Source of the DNA: Candidatus Thorarchaeota archaeon
Lineage (GTDB): Archaea > Asgardarchaeota > Thorarchaeia > Thorarchaeales > Thorarchaeaceae
NCBI GenBank assembly: GCA_029855935.1
Contig: JAGSHN010000012.1
Location: 208,869-272,868, forward strand
DNA length: 64,000 bases
Reading direction: 5' to 3'
Positions 1 through 9,417 of the stretch are shown in pieces. Position 1 is the stretch's first letter; each line of letters begins with the position of its first letter. The translations under genes and the position numbers were made by a program. Below the pieces are notes generated by a model. That model worked only from the letters and a program-made list of their open reading frames with translations, was not told the DNA's origin and searched no databases.

Positions 1-255
1 AGGCTCCTACCAGTGCCGCGGCCAGCGCACCACCAAAGTTTCTCATCTCTCTCGACCTGTGATGTTGTCTGTGGCGCGGTCTTCCGCCCCTCTGGTGTGG
101 GCTGTTGTCAGCCATTTAATGTTTCTGAACTGTGAGGTCACAACTCATTCGCCACAACTCGCAGACACGTCACCGCAATCCTTTTCTGATGTGCCTCCTC
201 CCATATTCTCGAAGGCGACACGCCAGCGCCAGGGACCACAAGGTGTGTATCTGAC

Positions 256-1221
256 ATGTCCGGCGACCTTGAAAGAGCGTTATCCAAGCTCAGGTTTGAT
301 GATCAGGTCATTGGCTACTCCCTGATGACCAAGGGTGGCAGGCCGTTTGTCAGCTTTTCCTTTCCAGACGACCTTTTCCCGCGTGTCAAGGAGAGCATCA
401 GCCTGTACAAGACCGACCTGAGACTAATGACCATCGATACGGACAAGGGCCTTGTGGTTCTCGCTCCGGTCGACGACAACTGGATACTCACAGTCCTGTA
501 TGTTCCCGAGCTACAGCTGGGGTTGGCGATTGCCAAGACCAAGAACGTCCTGCGGATGCTTGAGGGGATCGAGCTGCCCCCGCCGCCTGAAGAGTTCGAG
601 GAGGCCGTAGAGTCCAACTTGGAGGTTCTAGAGAGCATTGCGATGCAGGCCGCCTCCACCGCTGCTGAGGCGGCACCGACTGTCGAGGAGCCCGCCCCTG
701 CTCCTGCTCAAGAGGCAGAGGAGCTCTCTCCTGAAGACTTTGTCGTAACATCCGATACTGTCCCCAAGAAGGGCGAGGCATATGCAACAGCTCTCTCTCT
801 CGACTCTGACCTATATGATGAGATGAGAAAGGCCTACCGCAACTTCGGCTTTGACATCCTCATGCTCGTCGACGGGCGGTCCACGGTTGCAGCCATCGCA
901 GACGCAATGTTCCAGCCTGTTGTCAAGGTGGCCGAGGTACTGAAATGGGCTGCCTCGAAGCGGATAGTAGAGCTTCCGAGAGCTGGTGAGGCGGCAGCGG
1001 AGGGGGTCACGAAGAAGCCGTCCCGTTTTGTCAAGTGTCCGCGATTCGAGGGCGACCTCTCAAAGGTGAAGCCCGACCACCTGGCGGTTGTGCGGCTGTG
1101 TGACGGCACACGGACGACGGAACAGATTGCCGAAGCCGCCGGGATACCTGCTCCGCGGGTCATCCACATTGTGGCGCTGTACCGCAAGCACGGTATGAAA
1201 ATGATTGGCAAGACCATCTAA
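256..1221 (+). CDS. Roadblock/LC7 (MglB-like) domain protein with acidic linker and C-terminal HTH-like domain
   Basis: N-terminal ~100 aa has the Roadblock pattern (…DQVIGYSLMTKGGRPFVSFSFPDD…LVVLAPVDDNWILTVLYVPE). It is followed by a Pro/Glu/Ala-rich linker and a C-terminal helical segment (…DHLAVVRLCDGTRTTEQIAEAAGIPAPRVIHIV…). First gene of a same-strand run with two V4R genes. Confidence 0.55.
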   Translation: MSGDLERALSKLRFDDQVIGYSLMTKGGRPFVSFSFPDDLFPRVKESISLYKTDLRLMTIDTDKGLVVLAPVDDNWILTVLYVPELQLGLAIAKTKNVLRMLEGIELPPPPEEFEEAVESNLEVLESIAMQAASTAAEAAPTVEEPAPAPAQEAEELSPEDFVVTSDTVPKKGEAYATALSLDSDLYDEMRKAYRNFGFDILMLVDGRSTVAAIADAMFQPVVKVAEVLKWAASKRIVELPRAGEAAAEGVTKKPSRFVKCPRFEGDLSKVKPDHLAVVRLCDGTRTTEQIAEAAGIPAPRVIHIVALYRKHGMKMIGKTI

Positions 1222-1257
1222 TTCCTCAAACCCGACACACACCAGAGGTTCAAGGCA

Positions 1258-1731
1258 ATGGCGCGAATAGAGAACCCCCTACTTTTGAGCATCTACGGTC
1301 AGCTAGTGGACAAGATTCTTGCTGAAACGCAGAACATCGAAGAGGCCAATGAGCGTCTCCGTGAGCTTGGTCGCACTATGGCCGAGCAAATCTATCTCAC
1401 CACGGACATCGTTGAGAAGACCAAGGACGAGGTCCTCACGAGAGAAGATGTTGCGAAGTTGGTTGAGGTGGTCTTCAGGGTTCTATTTGACCGCAAGCCC
1501 ACAGAGATTGACATGGAAACGGCCCGCGGTTCTGTCCGGGTGAGCGACTCGAACTGCGTCTGGTGTCAGGACGTGAACTTGGAGGGGATGCCCGGTTTTG
1601 GCTACTGCGAAGTCTTCAGCGGCATTCTTGAGGCAATACTGAAGTACAAGGGCGTGGATGCACGTGTCTTCGAGGAGACTTGCAGGGCCACAGGAGGCGT
1701 GACCTGCTCCTGGAATGTACGTCTCGTATGA
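1258..1731 (+). CDS. V4R (4-vinyl reductase/TRAPP-fold) domain protein
   Basis: C-terminal Cys pattern typical of V4R: NCVWCQDV…GFGYCEVFSGILEA…ETCRATGGVTCSWNV. Lies 36 nt after the Roadblock gene. Confidence 0.55.
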   Translation: MARIENPLLLSIYGQLVDKILAETQNIEEANERLRELGRTMAEQIYLTTDIVEKTKDEVLTREDVAKLVEVVFRVLFDRKPTEIDMETARGSVRVSDSNCVWCQDVNLEGMPGFGYCEVFSGILEAILKYKGVDARVFEETCRATGGVTCSWNVRLV

Positions 1732-1815
1732 TGGAGAAGACTCCGTGGCAGCCCATGTCACAGGAAAGCACTTATCCCCGGCTGTGGACGGGGTATCTGC
1801 CCGGAGGTATCTGAA

Positions 1816-2364
1816 ATGTCTAAAGAGCCTGAGGTTATCAAGTGGTGGCGTGGTAGGCTCAAGGAGCGCGACCTGATGCGTGCGTTCTTTGCCAAGACGT
1901 GGACGAAGATTGGAAACAGAATCGCAGTTATGTTCCCGGAGAGAGTACGTGATCTCTACTACAGCGCGGGACGGCTTGCTGGGCTTGAGGCGCAACAGGA
2001 GTACTTCAGGATTGGAAAGCAGAAGCCGCCTGGGGACTTCAAGGGCATCGTAGAATTCATCAAGATGGCCCTCTCCACCATCATTGTCCCCTTTGGAGAT
2101 GTCGAGATCCAGAAGCTCTACAAGCTCTGGCTTGATGAAGAGGCCATAATTGAGATTCGTGACAACCCTTATGCATCGGGTCTTCACAGCGAAGAGCCCT
2201 CGTGCTATTTCCTCAGGGGTTTCATTGAGGCTGTTCTTGAATACCTGACAGACTTCAATAGAATCGAGTACGAGACGCTAACGGTCGTCGAGGAAACTTG
2301 TATAGCCACGGGAGCTCCATCTTGTACATTCCACCTCAAGTTGACATACCCCGCCAAAGGCTGA
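1816..2364 (+). CDS. V4R domain protein (second paralog)
   Basis: Same C-terminal signature: EEPSCYFLRGFIEAVLEY…EETCIATGAPSCTFHL. Tandem with the preceding V4R gene. Confidence 0.5.
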   Translation: MSKEPEVIKWWRGRLKERDLMRAFFAKTWTKIGNRIAVMFPERVRDLYYSAGRLAGLEAQQEYFRIGKQKPPGDFKGIVEFIKMALSTIIVPFGDVEIQKLYKLWLDEEAIIEIRDNPYASGLHSEEPSCYFLRGFIEAVLEYLTDFNRIEYETLTVVEETCIATGAPSCTFHLKLTYPAKG

Positions 2365-2438
2365 CCCCGACTGGTACAAGCGTTGCCCAAACACATACCT
2401 TAACTTCAAACTTTGAGAAGGAGCGTAGAGGTGGTGCT

Positions 2439-3167
2439 ATGCGTCGCTCTGCAGCTTTACTCTGTCTGGCCTTTGCAATGACCGGGATAGTAATTCTACT
2501 CAACTTCCAGCTGCAGACCGGCAGCGACGCTCTCGCTCTCCACGATGCGAGTCCCTCTGTTCCAGCCAGTGGAAGTGGTCTTGCAGTCGCTCCGTTCGGT
2601 CTTGCTCTTGGGACGATGCCCCTCAATACTTGGACATCAGGTTCTCTATTGCTCTCCGGAGGATGCCTGTTTGTCATCGCGACTGTGGAGGTCGGAGTGC
2701 CATCTGGGAGAGCACAGTCGTTGCGAGAACGCGTTGTCGGCGAGATTGCTGCAAATCCGGGGATTCATCTCAGGGAGCTGTTGCGGAGCGTCGGCTGTGC
2801 GATGGGTGCACTACAATACCACGTGAAAAACCTGGAGAGGGAGGGTCTGATAGTGTCTGTGAGGACGGGCAACTTGAAGCACTTCTTCGTTGCTGGCTTC
2901 TCGTCTGATGCGAACGTGCTGCGTCTGGTTGCTCTTCTCAGGAATCCGACAATTGCTGCCATTGTCAGAGAGTGTACCGCCTCCGGGCCGACTACGCAGG
3001 CCAGTCTGAGTAGAACACTGTCGATGGACAAGAGCCTCGTCTCCTACTATGTGGGTCTTCTACTCAAGGCAGGAGTGTTGAAGACGATTCCTGTGTTTGG
3101 AAGGGAACGCCCACTGACTCTGACCGACTGGGCTCGTGATGCCCTGAGTCAGTGGTCGGCACAGTGA
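2439..3167 (+). CDS. membrane-anchored protein with two winged-helix (MarR/ArsR-like) domains
   Basis: Likely start is the internal ATG (MRRSAALLCLAFAMTGIVILL… TM segment). Two wHTH-like blocks (…IHLRELLRSVGCAMGALQYHVKNLEREGLIVSVRTGN… and …IAAIVRECTASGPTTQASLSRTLSMDKSLVSYYVGLLLKAGVL…). The ORF track's start at 2298 overlaps the upstream gene. Confidence 0.45.
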   Translation: MRRSAALLCLAFAMTGIVILLNFQLQTGSDALALHDASPSVPASGSGLAVAPFGLALGTMPLNTWTSGSLLLSGGCLFVIATVEVGVPSGRAQSLRERVVGEIAANPGIHLRELLRSVGCAMGALQYHVKNLEREGLIVSVRTGNLKHFFVAGFSSDANVLRLVALLRNPTIAAIVRECTASGPTTQASLSRTLSMDKSLVSYYVGLLLKAGVLKTIPVFGRERPLTLTDWARDALSQWSAQ

Positions 3168-3214
3168 AGCGACCGATATTCCTATCTTCATCCTTATCTT
3201 GACGACTGTACCCA

Positions 3215-4036
3215 GTGCAACCCACTGTACCGGCAATCCAAGAAACACGTCACAGGAACGTATCCAAGGTGTCCGACGATAGTACATCTGGAGGTCCCTC
3301 CGTGGAGGAGGATGATGAAGAGATCATACTGGTTGCTGAGAGCGAGTCGGCTGGCGTCAAGTATGCCACTCGGCTCGTAGATGTCTCTCGAGTCTACGAG
3401 ATAGGGTCACGTAAGATTGTCGCGTTGCACGATGTCAATCTTGAGGTACGCCCCGGTGAGTTCGTGGTGGTTGAGGGTCCCTCTGGATCCGGCAAGACTA
3501 CTCTTCTCAACATCATTGGGGCGATTGACTATGCCACAGAGGGACGCGTCTTTCTGATGGATGTGCCGATACAGGACTATGACGAGTCGTTTCGTGCCAC
3601 GTTTCGTCTGACGAATACTGGCTTCGTCTTCCAGAGCTATAACCTGATCTCAACGCTGACCGCCCTGGAGAACGTGATGTTTCCGATGCAGCTCACAGAG
3701 CATCCTCGGGCAGCGCTGAAGGAGCGTGCCAAGTCGCTACTGGAGCGAGTGGGTCTGGACGACCGGTGGGATCATCTGCCGTGGCAACTCAGCTCCGGAG
3801 AACAACAACGTATCGCAGTGGCAAGGGCGATGGCCAATGATCCACCGCTAATTCTTGCTGACGAGCCAACAGCGAATCTTGACGAGGAGAGCGCGGACCT
3901 TGTACGTCGCATCCTCCGCGAGCTGAATGAGGCCGGCAAGACGGTCATTGTGATGACACACGACCCCAAGATAATTGGCACAGAGGATGCAAGGCACTTC
4001 AAGATGCAGAGAGGGGAGTTGACAGAGATTGTCTGA
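3215..4036 (+). CDS. ABC transporter ATP-binding protein (MacB/LolD-type)
   Basis: Walker A GPSGSGKTTLLN, signature LSSGEQQRIAVARA, Walker B LILADEPTANLD, H-loop MTHD. The N-terminal ~40 aa acidic extension may not be native, so the start is uncertain. Confidence 0.85.
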   Translation: MQPTVPAIQETRHRNVSKVSDDSTSGGPSVEEDDEEIILVAESESAGVKYATRLVDVSRVYEIGSRKIVALHDVNLEVRPGEFVVVEGPSGSGKTTLLNIIGAIDYATEGRVFLMDVPIQDYDESFRATFRLTNTGFVFQSYNLISTLTALENVMFPMQLTEHPRAALKERAKSLLERVGLDDRWDHLPWQLSSGEQQRIAVARAMANDPPLILADEPTANLDEESADLVRRILRELNEAGKTVIVMTHDPKIIGTEDARHFKMQRGELTEIV

Positions 4037-5882
4037 GGCTCCGGACTACGCTCTGAAGGACCTCAAGAGACGCCCGTTCCAGTCGGGTGTCATGCTACTC
4101 TCTATGACTACTGTCGTGGCATTCACAGTCTTTCTGTTCCTCTTTGCCAACACATTGCTGTATGTCACCGCGTACGTCACATCGGCCGCCTTTATGGGGT
4201 CGCTCTATGTGTTCCTCGAGACTTTCATCTGGGGGACACTTCTCTTTGTTCTTCTACTGGGCCTAGTGGTCTTCTCTGCTGTCATCTCTCTTGAGATGGT
4301 CAGCCGTCGAAAGGACATTGGTCTGATGAAGGCGATAGGAACTCTCACCGACACTGTCTTTGACCACTTCATGGGTCAGGCTGTGATTCTGCTCGTCACC
4401 AGCGCGGTCCTCGGTGCGAGCATCGGTGTTGTGATGTATTTTGCGGGAACACTATGGTTGTCCTCCCTTGTACCTCCCGTCAGATTTGAGATGGCGTTCC
4501 CCTTCTTGCAGATACTAGTCCTAGTAGGGCTCTATCTTCTATCGGGATACTTTGCAGCCCAGAAGCCCATCTATGACGCTGTGCAGGAGTCTCCCATATC
4601 AGTACTGAATCCCCAGCTGGGGACACGTGTACGCCACGTCGGCCTCCTTGACTCCTTCGGGCTCTCCTTTCGTGTGGCGACGAAGGCCATGGGCCGAAGG
4701 CTTCGAGGATCGCGGAGAACGCTCCTCTCTCTGTTCATGAGCATCGCATTGGCCTCTGCGCTCTGGGTTGGCGGCGGCATTGTCAACACTACGATGGACT
4801 CCTACATAGTGCGCTCAATGGGGTCGAATGTTGTGGCAATCGGTCACTCGTCCGTTCTATCAGCGTACTATCAGTCCTACTCGCTTGGCGAGGCCCCTCC
4901 CACTGTCAACACCTCGCTGACAGAGAGCTCCCTGATGGTCCCCACGGACCTCGTAGGGGAGGTGGCCTCTGTGGATGGCGTCAGAGCGGTCGAGCAGAGA
5001 CTGATCGCGTATTCGGACGTCTCAGAGGGGCCAGCCATAGTCTGGAACCCCACTCTTCAGCAATGGGAGGAGATAGGTGACAACCGCAACGGTACTGCAC
5101 TGCTCATTGGTGTGGACTGGGACAGTACCATCTCGGACTGGTACTTCGAGGGCGAGCCCATCAACGCAAGCAACCAAGTGCTAATAGGTGGTGAGATGGC
5201 CGACTCTATGTTCGAGGACCCACTAGTCCAGACGCTACGGGTGCGTGGCGCCTCTTTCGAGATACGTGGCATTGCCTTCGATGTAGCCCACGGCGGGATG
5301 GTGGCGCTGATGCCCGTTTCTGCCATGCAGGACCTGTGGGGAATCTCGGGGGCCAACCTTGTCCTCGTACAACTTGAGGAGTACCGGCAGGATGTGATCT
5401 CTCAGATCACCTCCATTGCTCGGAGTCACGGTCTGGACATCTTTCTCCAGGAGGAGGTCGTACGGCACAATCTGGCAGTGGTTGGCGGTCTGTGGCTGCT
5501 GTTGCAGCCCCTGCCAGTGATGGCACTGATCAGTGCCTTCTTTGCTCTCACAAACTATCTGCTCGTGTCGGTGTTCAGCAGGTTCCGAGACTACATAATT
5601 ATGAGGTCCATTGGTGCCAAGCCTCTCTTCATTGCGAAGACAATAGCAGCAGAGGGGATACTGATGGCGTCAAAAGCGGGAATACCCGCAATTGTGGGGT
5701 CCATCCTCTTCGGCGCCTACCTGCTGGTGCCAGAGGCGACCGTGCCCTCGGTGCTGTACTTGCCGCTCTCATTCATCCTGATGTTTGGTGCTCTACTGAT
5801 GGTGTCCGTGCTGGCAGCCATCCCGGTGTATATGATCTTCAGCAGGCGGATGGAGTTCAGGGTGTCAGAGTTCGGTGTCTGA
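4029..5882 (+). CDS. ABC transporter permease, FtsX/MacB-like with large extracytoplasmic domain
   Basis: 8-nt overlap with the upstream ATPase. N-terminal TM helices, a ~250-aa hydrophilic central domain, and a C-terminal 3-TM FtsX-like block (…LVSVFSRFRDYIIMRSIGAKP…). Confidence 0.7.
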   Translation: MSEAPDYALKDLKRRPFQSGVMLLSMTTVVAFTVFLFLFANTLLYVTAYVTSAAFMGSLYVFLETFIWGTLLFVLLLGLVVFSAVISLEMVSRRKDIGLMKAIGTLTDTVFDHFMGQAVILLVTSAVLGASIGVVMYFAGTLWLSSLVPPVRFEMAFPFLQILVLVGLYLLSGYFAAQKPIYDAVQESPISVLNPQLGTRVRHVGLLDSFGLSFRVATKAMGRRLRGSRRTLLSLFMSIALASALWVGGGIVNTTMDSYIVRSMGSNVVAIGHSSVLSAYYQSYSLGEAPPTVNTSLTESSLMVPTDLVGEVASVDGVRAVEQRLIAYSDVSEGPAIVWNPTLQQWEEIGDNRNGTALLIGVDWDSTISDWYFEGEPINASNQVLIGGEMADSMFEDPLVQTLRVRGASFEIRGIAFDVAHGGMVALMPVSAMQDLWGISGANLVLVQLEEYRQDVISQITSIARSHGLDIFLQEEVVRHNLAVVGGLWLLLQPLPVMALISAFFALTNYLLVSVFSRFRDYIIMRSIGAKPLFIAKTIAAEGILMASKAGIPAIVGSILFGAYLLVPEATVPSVLYLPLSFILMFGALLMVSVLAAIPVYMIFSRRMEFRVSEFGV

Positions 5883-5927
5883 TGGCAACGTTCTTTAGAA
5901 CCGGCTGAGCGACCTCTGTCAGAAGAG

Positions 5928-7613
5928 GTGACAGTGGTGCCTGTGCCCGCCCCGGAGGACGAGTTCTCCATTCATTGGATTGAGGATGTCGTCAGTAAGG
6001 TCCTCAAGCGCAATGTGGGCGACTACCTGATGTCTGCTGGCAAGAGTCCGAGCGGCAGCATTCACATCGGTATCATGCGAGAGCTGATAATCTCTGACGT
6101 GATAAAGCGAAGACTGCGGGACATGGGTCGACGGGCACGGACAATGTTCATAGTCGACGACTACGACCCCGTGAGATCTTTCCCTCCAGGTGTTTCGCTC
6201 TCACTGGAGGAGTGGGTCGGAATACCGTATTCTGACGTGCCAGACGAGTTTGGCTGCTGTGAGAGCTATGGGGCGCACTGGGCGAACGAGCTGATTGAGG
6301 CCTTCCCCGACTTTGGCATCGACCCCGAGATAGTATGGACCTCCAAGCTGTATGAGACCCCCGAGATGCTTGAGGAGGTCCGAACGTGTCTGAGGCATAC
6401 AGAGACCATTCGTGAGATAATGATTGAGTACGTGGCACGGGACTTCAGTCCCCAACAGCGTGTCCAGTACGTCGAGTCGATGAAGACATGGTATCCTGCG
6501 TCTGTGGTCTGCCCCAATTGTGGTCGTCTTCAGGCGGGTGCCAAGGGGTCCATATTGCCGAACCGGGTGCTGGACTACAATGTCGAAACGGACCAGATCA
6601 CATTCAAGTGCCACTATTGCGGGCTCAAGGACACGCGTCGTCTGACTGACATCCGTATCAAGCTGACTTGGCGTGTTGACTGGCCCGCGAAGTGGCATTT
6701 GTTCAGGGTCACCTGTGAGCCTGCAGGCAAGGACCACGCAGTCAAGGGCGGGTCGTACGACACGGGCCTTGAGATATCACGTCGCGTATTCGGCTGGGAG
6801 GGCCCCGTCAAGGTCCCATACGAGTGGGTACAGATTGGGGGCCGCGATATGACCACGTCAGAGGGAATCGTGTTCACGCCTAGGGCATGGCTAGACATAG
6901 CCCCTGCAGAGCTCTACAGGTTTCAAATGCTCAAGACCGACCTCCAACGTACAATCAACATTCAGCCGGAGAGAATTCCCGACTCTGTCGATCAGTACGA
7001 CAAGTTTGAGCGTGTCTACTACGGTCTTGAGGAGGCGGACGAGGCGCGGCGCCAGTTGGCGAGACTGTTGTATCCATTGGCTGAGGCTCATCAGGTGCGT
7101 TCAGAGTACGTCCCGAAGCTTCCCTTCAAGTTCGCTGTCGTGATCTCGCAGCTGGAGGAGCTATTGGGACGGGACACGGTCATTGAGCGTTGTGTCACTG
7201 CAATCAAGAAGCGATTCTCATTGGGCACCATTCCGGATGAGGCATATCGGGTCATAGAGAAGCGTCTGGTCATGGCGCGCAACTGGGTCCGACAGTATGG
7301 TACCGATCGGGACCGTGTTGAGGTGTCTGACCACGTCCCTGAAGAGATTCGGAAGACCATCACCGAACAGGACCGGGCCTTTCTCTCCAGACTGCTCCAC
7401 ACACTGCGGAGCGGCCCACTCACTGATGACGAACTTCAGGGCGCGATCTTCTCTGCAGCGCGTGAAACAGGTCTGAAGGAACGCAGGGCCTTCACGGTGA
7501 TGTATCGAATACTGATATCTCGGAAGTCTGGACCGCGTCTTGGGCCGTTCATCAACCTCCTTGGTGCTGACTGGGTGGCCGACAGGATTGAGAGCGTACT
7601 TGTAGGGCCATAG
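5928..7613 (+). CDS. class I lysyl-tRNA synthetase homolog with degenerate HIGH/KMSKS motifs
   Basis: Collinear with archaeal LysK: SPSGSIHIGIMREL (HIGH region), DDYDP, Zn-knuckles CPNCG…CHYCG, WRVDWPAKW, EPAGKDH, and GRDMTTSEG at the KMSKS position. Confidence 0.7.
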   Translation: MTVVPVPAPEDEFSIHWIEDVVSKVLKRNVGDYLMSAGKSPSGSIHIGIMRELIISDVIKRRLRDMGRRARTMFIVDDYDPVRSFPPGVSLSLEEWVGIPYSDVPDEFGCCESYGAHWANELIEAFPDFGIDPEIVWTSKLYETPEMLEEVRTCLRHTETIREIMIEYVARDFSPQQRVQYVESMKTWYPASVVCPNCGRLQAGAKGSILPNRVLDYNVETDQITFKCHYCGLKDTRRLTDIRIKLTWRVDWPAKWHLFRVTCEPAGKDHAVKGGSYDTGLEISRRVFGWEGPVKVPYEWVQIGGRDMTTSEGIVFTPRAWLDIAPAELYRFQMLKTDLQRTINIQPERIPDSVDQYDKFERVYYGLEEADEARRQLARLLYPLAEAHQVRSEYVPKLPFKFAVVISQLEELLGRDTVIERCVTAIKKRFSLGTIPDEAYRVIEKRLVMARNWVRQYGTDRDRVEVSDHVPEEIRKTITEQDRAFLSRLLHTLRSGPLTDDELQGAIFSAARETGLKERRAFTVMYRILISRKSGPRLGPFINLLGADWVADRIESVLVGP

Positions 7614-7689
7614 CCTGCATGCTCAACACGTTTATTAGAGTGACCTAAGTCCGCCCCGCCGGCCGAAGAGGCCGGGACTGTGCTTAGTC

Positions 7690-8427
7690 ATGCTGGGTCG
7701 TCTACGAGAGAGATACCAGAGGGCCATGAGACCGCTGGGTGAGGTCCTTGCAAGAACGGGCATCACACCGAACATGATAACGGTACTGACCGTGCTTTTG
7801 GCTGGGGTGGCCGCGTATCTGTTCTATGTCGGGAATCTGATGATGGGCCTCGTCTTCATGATTCTCACAGTCGTCCTCGATATGTTCGACGGTGCAGTCG
7901 CACGTGCTGCCGGCCTGTCGTCGCCCTTTGGCGCAACACTTGACCACACACTCGACCGATACACCGAGTTCCTGTTCATGTTCGGACTGATGGCTGGCCC
8001 CGTTGGTCCCACGGGCATCGGCTGGTGGCCCGTCACAGCCGGTGACACGTTCGTCCCCTGGTTCTGGGGATATGTCGCGCTGTTCGGGATGATCATGGCA
8101 AGCTTCACGCGTGCCAAGGCCGAGTCTGTGGGCGGAGTGGAGAGATGTACCGTCGGAGTTGCAGAGAGGCAGGAAAAACTACTGCTGCAGTTCGCTGGAA
8201 TACTCCTCCTCGCTCTGCCTCCAACGAATGTCTGGATGGACGTTCTGAATCTTCTCCCCAACATTGTGCACGACATCTTCGTTGCCCTTCAGGTGACGAA
8301 CATTCTCACTCTGTGTGTTGTGATGGTTGCAGTCCTCTCACACATCACGGTCCTCCAGCGCCTACTGTACACGAGGGAACACGCCCCCGCATCTTTGGGT
8401 CCTGCAGCAGCCACTGAAGAGAAATGA
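7690..8427 (+). CDS. CDP-alcohol phosphatidyltransferase family protein (archaetidyl-inositol-phosphate/serine synthase-like)
   Basis: Motif D-G-x2-A-R-x8-G-x3-D-x3-D is present (DMFDGAVARAAGLSSPFGATLDHTLDR). Polytopic membrane protein. Confidence 0.75.
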   Translation: MLGRLRERYQRAMRPLGEVLARTGITPNMITVLTVLLAGVAAYLFYVGNLMMGLVFMILTVVLDMFDGAVARAAGLSSPFGATLDHTLDRYTEFLFMFGLMAGPVGPTGIGWWPVTAGDTFVPWFWGYVALFGMIMASFTRAKAESVGGVERCTVGVAERQEKLLLQFAGILLLALPPTNVWMDVLNLLPNIVHDIFVALQVTNILTLCVVMVAVLSHITVLQRLLYTREHAPASLGPAAATEEK

Positions 8428-8510
8428 CAGCAGGTGACGTCCCACATTGTACCAAGCGGACAATGAAGATTCATCTCTTCGGCCTCTTGTTGTAGAGGAG
8501 GAGTAATCAG

Positions 8511-9407
8511 GTGTACAGCATTGTAGTGGTCGGCAACTTGGCTCGGCTGATCTCGGCCAGGGGTGCTGCCGATGGGCCATTCGTCGGACCGGCAGTGGTG
8601 GCTGCATCGACTGTCGCACGACTGGGTGTGTATGAGATGGCACTCCTCGGCGGCACCACGCAGGAATGGAAGCCGGATGCTGTGTCGGACTTCGACCAGT
8701 GTAGCATCTCCGAGTTCGTTTCTATCACGCGCCCGGAGCATCTCACAACGGAAATTGTCAATGTCCGCGGGGAAACCCTACGTCTGGGGGTCATCACTGA
8801 CCGGATAAACATCCGTGAGTTTCCAGACGAGTTCCTCGGTTCTCGACTGATTCTTCTCTCTCCCTTTGCCGAGGAGGTTGACGACGAGCTGATAGAGTGG
8901 ATGAGCACCTCCGGTGACGCGACCATCGTCCTCGATCCGAGTCTATATCGTGTGGTGAAGCGACGCGTCATCAGGGTCCCCATGGACCCTATCGATGCAA
9001 AGCATATACTGCGCCACGTTGATATTGTGCTGCTCAACGAGTCTGAGGCGGAGTTCATGGTTGGCGACTCCGACCCGATGGTGGCTGCTGAGCTTCTTGT
9101 CGAATGGGGTGCTGGCACTAGTATTGTGACCAGAGGGGAACAGGGCAGCGTGATGTACGGGGGTGAAGACTTTGTGATGATTCCCTCTTTCAACAGTGGC
9201 GCCCCGCCGCGCTGCTGGACTGGGTCATCATTTGCGGCAGCCTTCTCAACGGCCCTGACAGCAGGTTCTAGAATGGAGGAGGCCATTGCCTACGGCTCTA
9301 GCGTGGCGAGCGTATATGTCGAGGAGAAAGACCACTCATCTCCGATGGACCTGCGTGAGATAGAGCGTCGGTGGGAGCACATTCGTGGAATGATTGAGTA
9401 CTGCTGA
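8511..9407 (+). CDS. PfkB/ribokinase-like carbohydrate kinase domain protein (divergent)
   Basis: N-terminal VVGNLARL… fold. The C-terminal region …GAGTSIVTRGEQGSVMY…TGSSFAAAF…AYGSSVAS resembles the PfkB signature-2 area but lacks a canonical GAGD. Confidence 0.4.
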   Translation: MYSIVVVGNLARLISARGAADGPFVGPAVVAASTVARLGVYEMALLGGTTQEWKPDAVSDFDQCSISEFVSITRPEHLTTEIVNVRGETLRLGVITDRINIREFPDEFLGSRLILLSPFAEEVDDELIEWMSTSGDATIVLDPSLYRVVKRRVIRVPMDPIDAKHILRHVDIVLLNESEAEFMVGDSDPMVAAELLVEWGAGTSIVTRGEQGSVMYGGEDFVMIPSFNSGAPPRCWTGSSFAAAFSTALTAGSRMEEAIAYGSSVASVYVEEKDHSSPMDLREIERRWEHIRGMIEYC

Positions 9408-9417
9408 CTGGCCTGGA

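Noticed and set aside
7655-7675. Hairpin CCGGCC-GAAGA-GGCCGG after the LysRS-like gene
   Set aside because: No downstream T-tract, and it sits immediately before the next start codon. Insufficient evidence for a terminator, so it was not reported as a feature.
8507-9286. 259-aa Ser/Thr-rich ORF on minus strand
   Set aside because: Antisense to the PfkB-like gene. Composition typical of shadow ORFs in GC-rich DNA.
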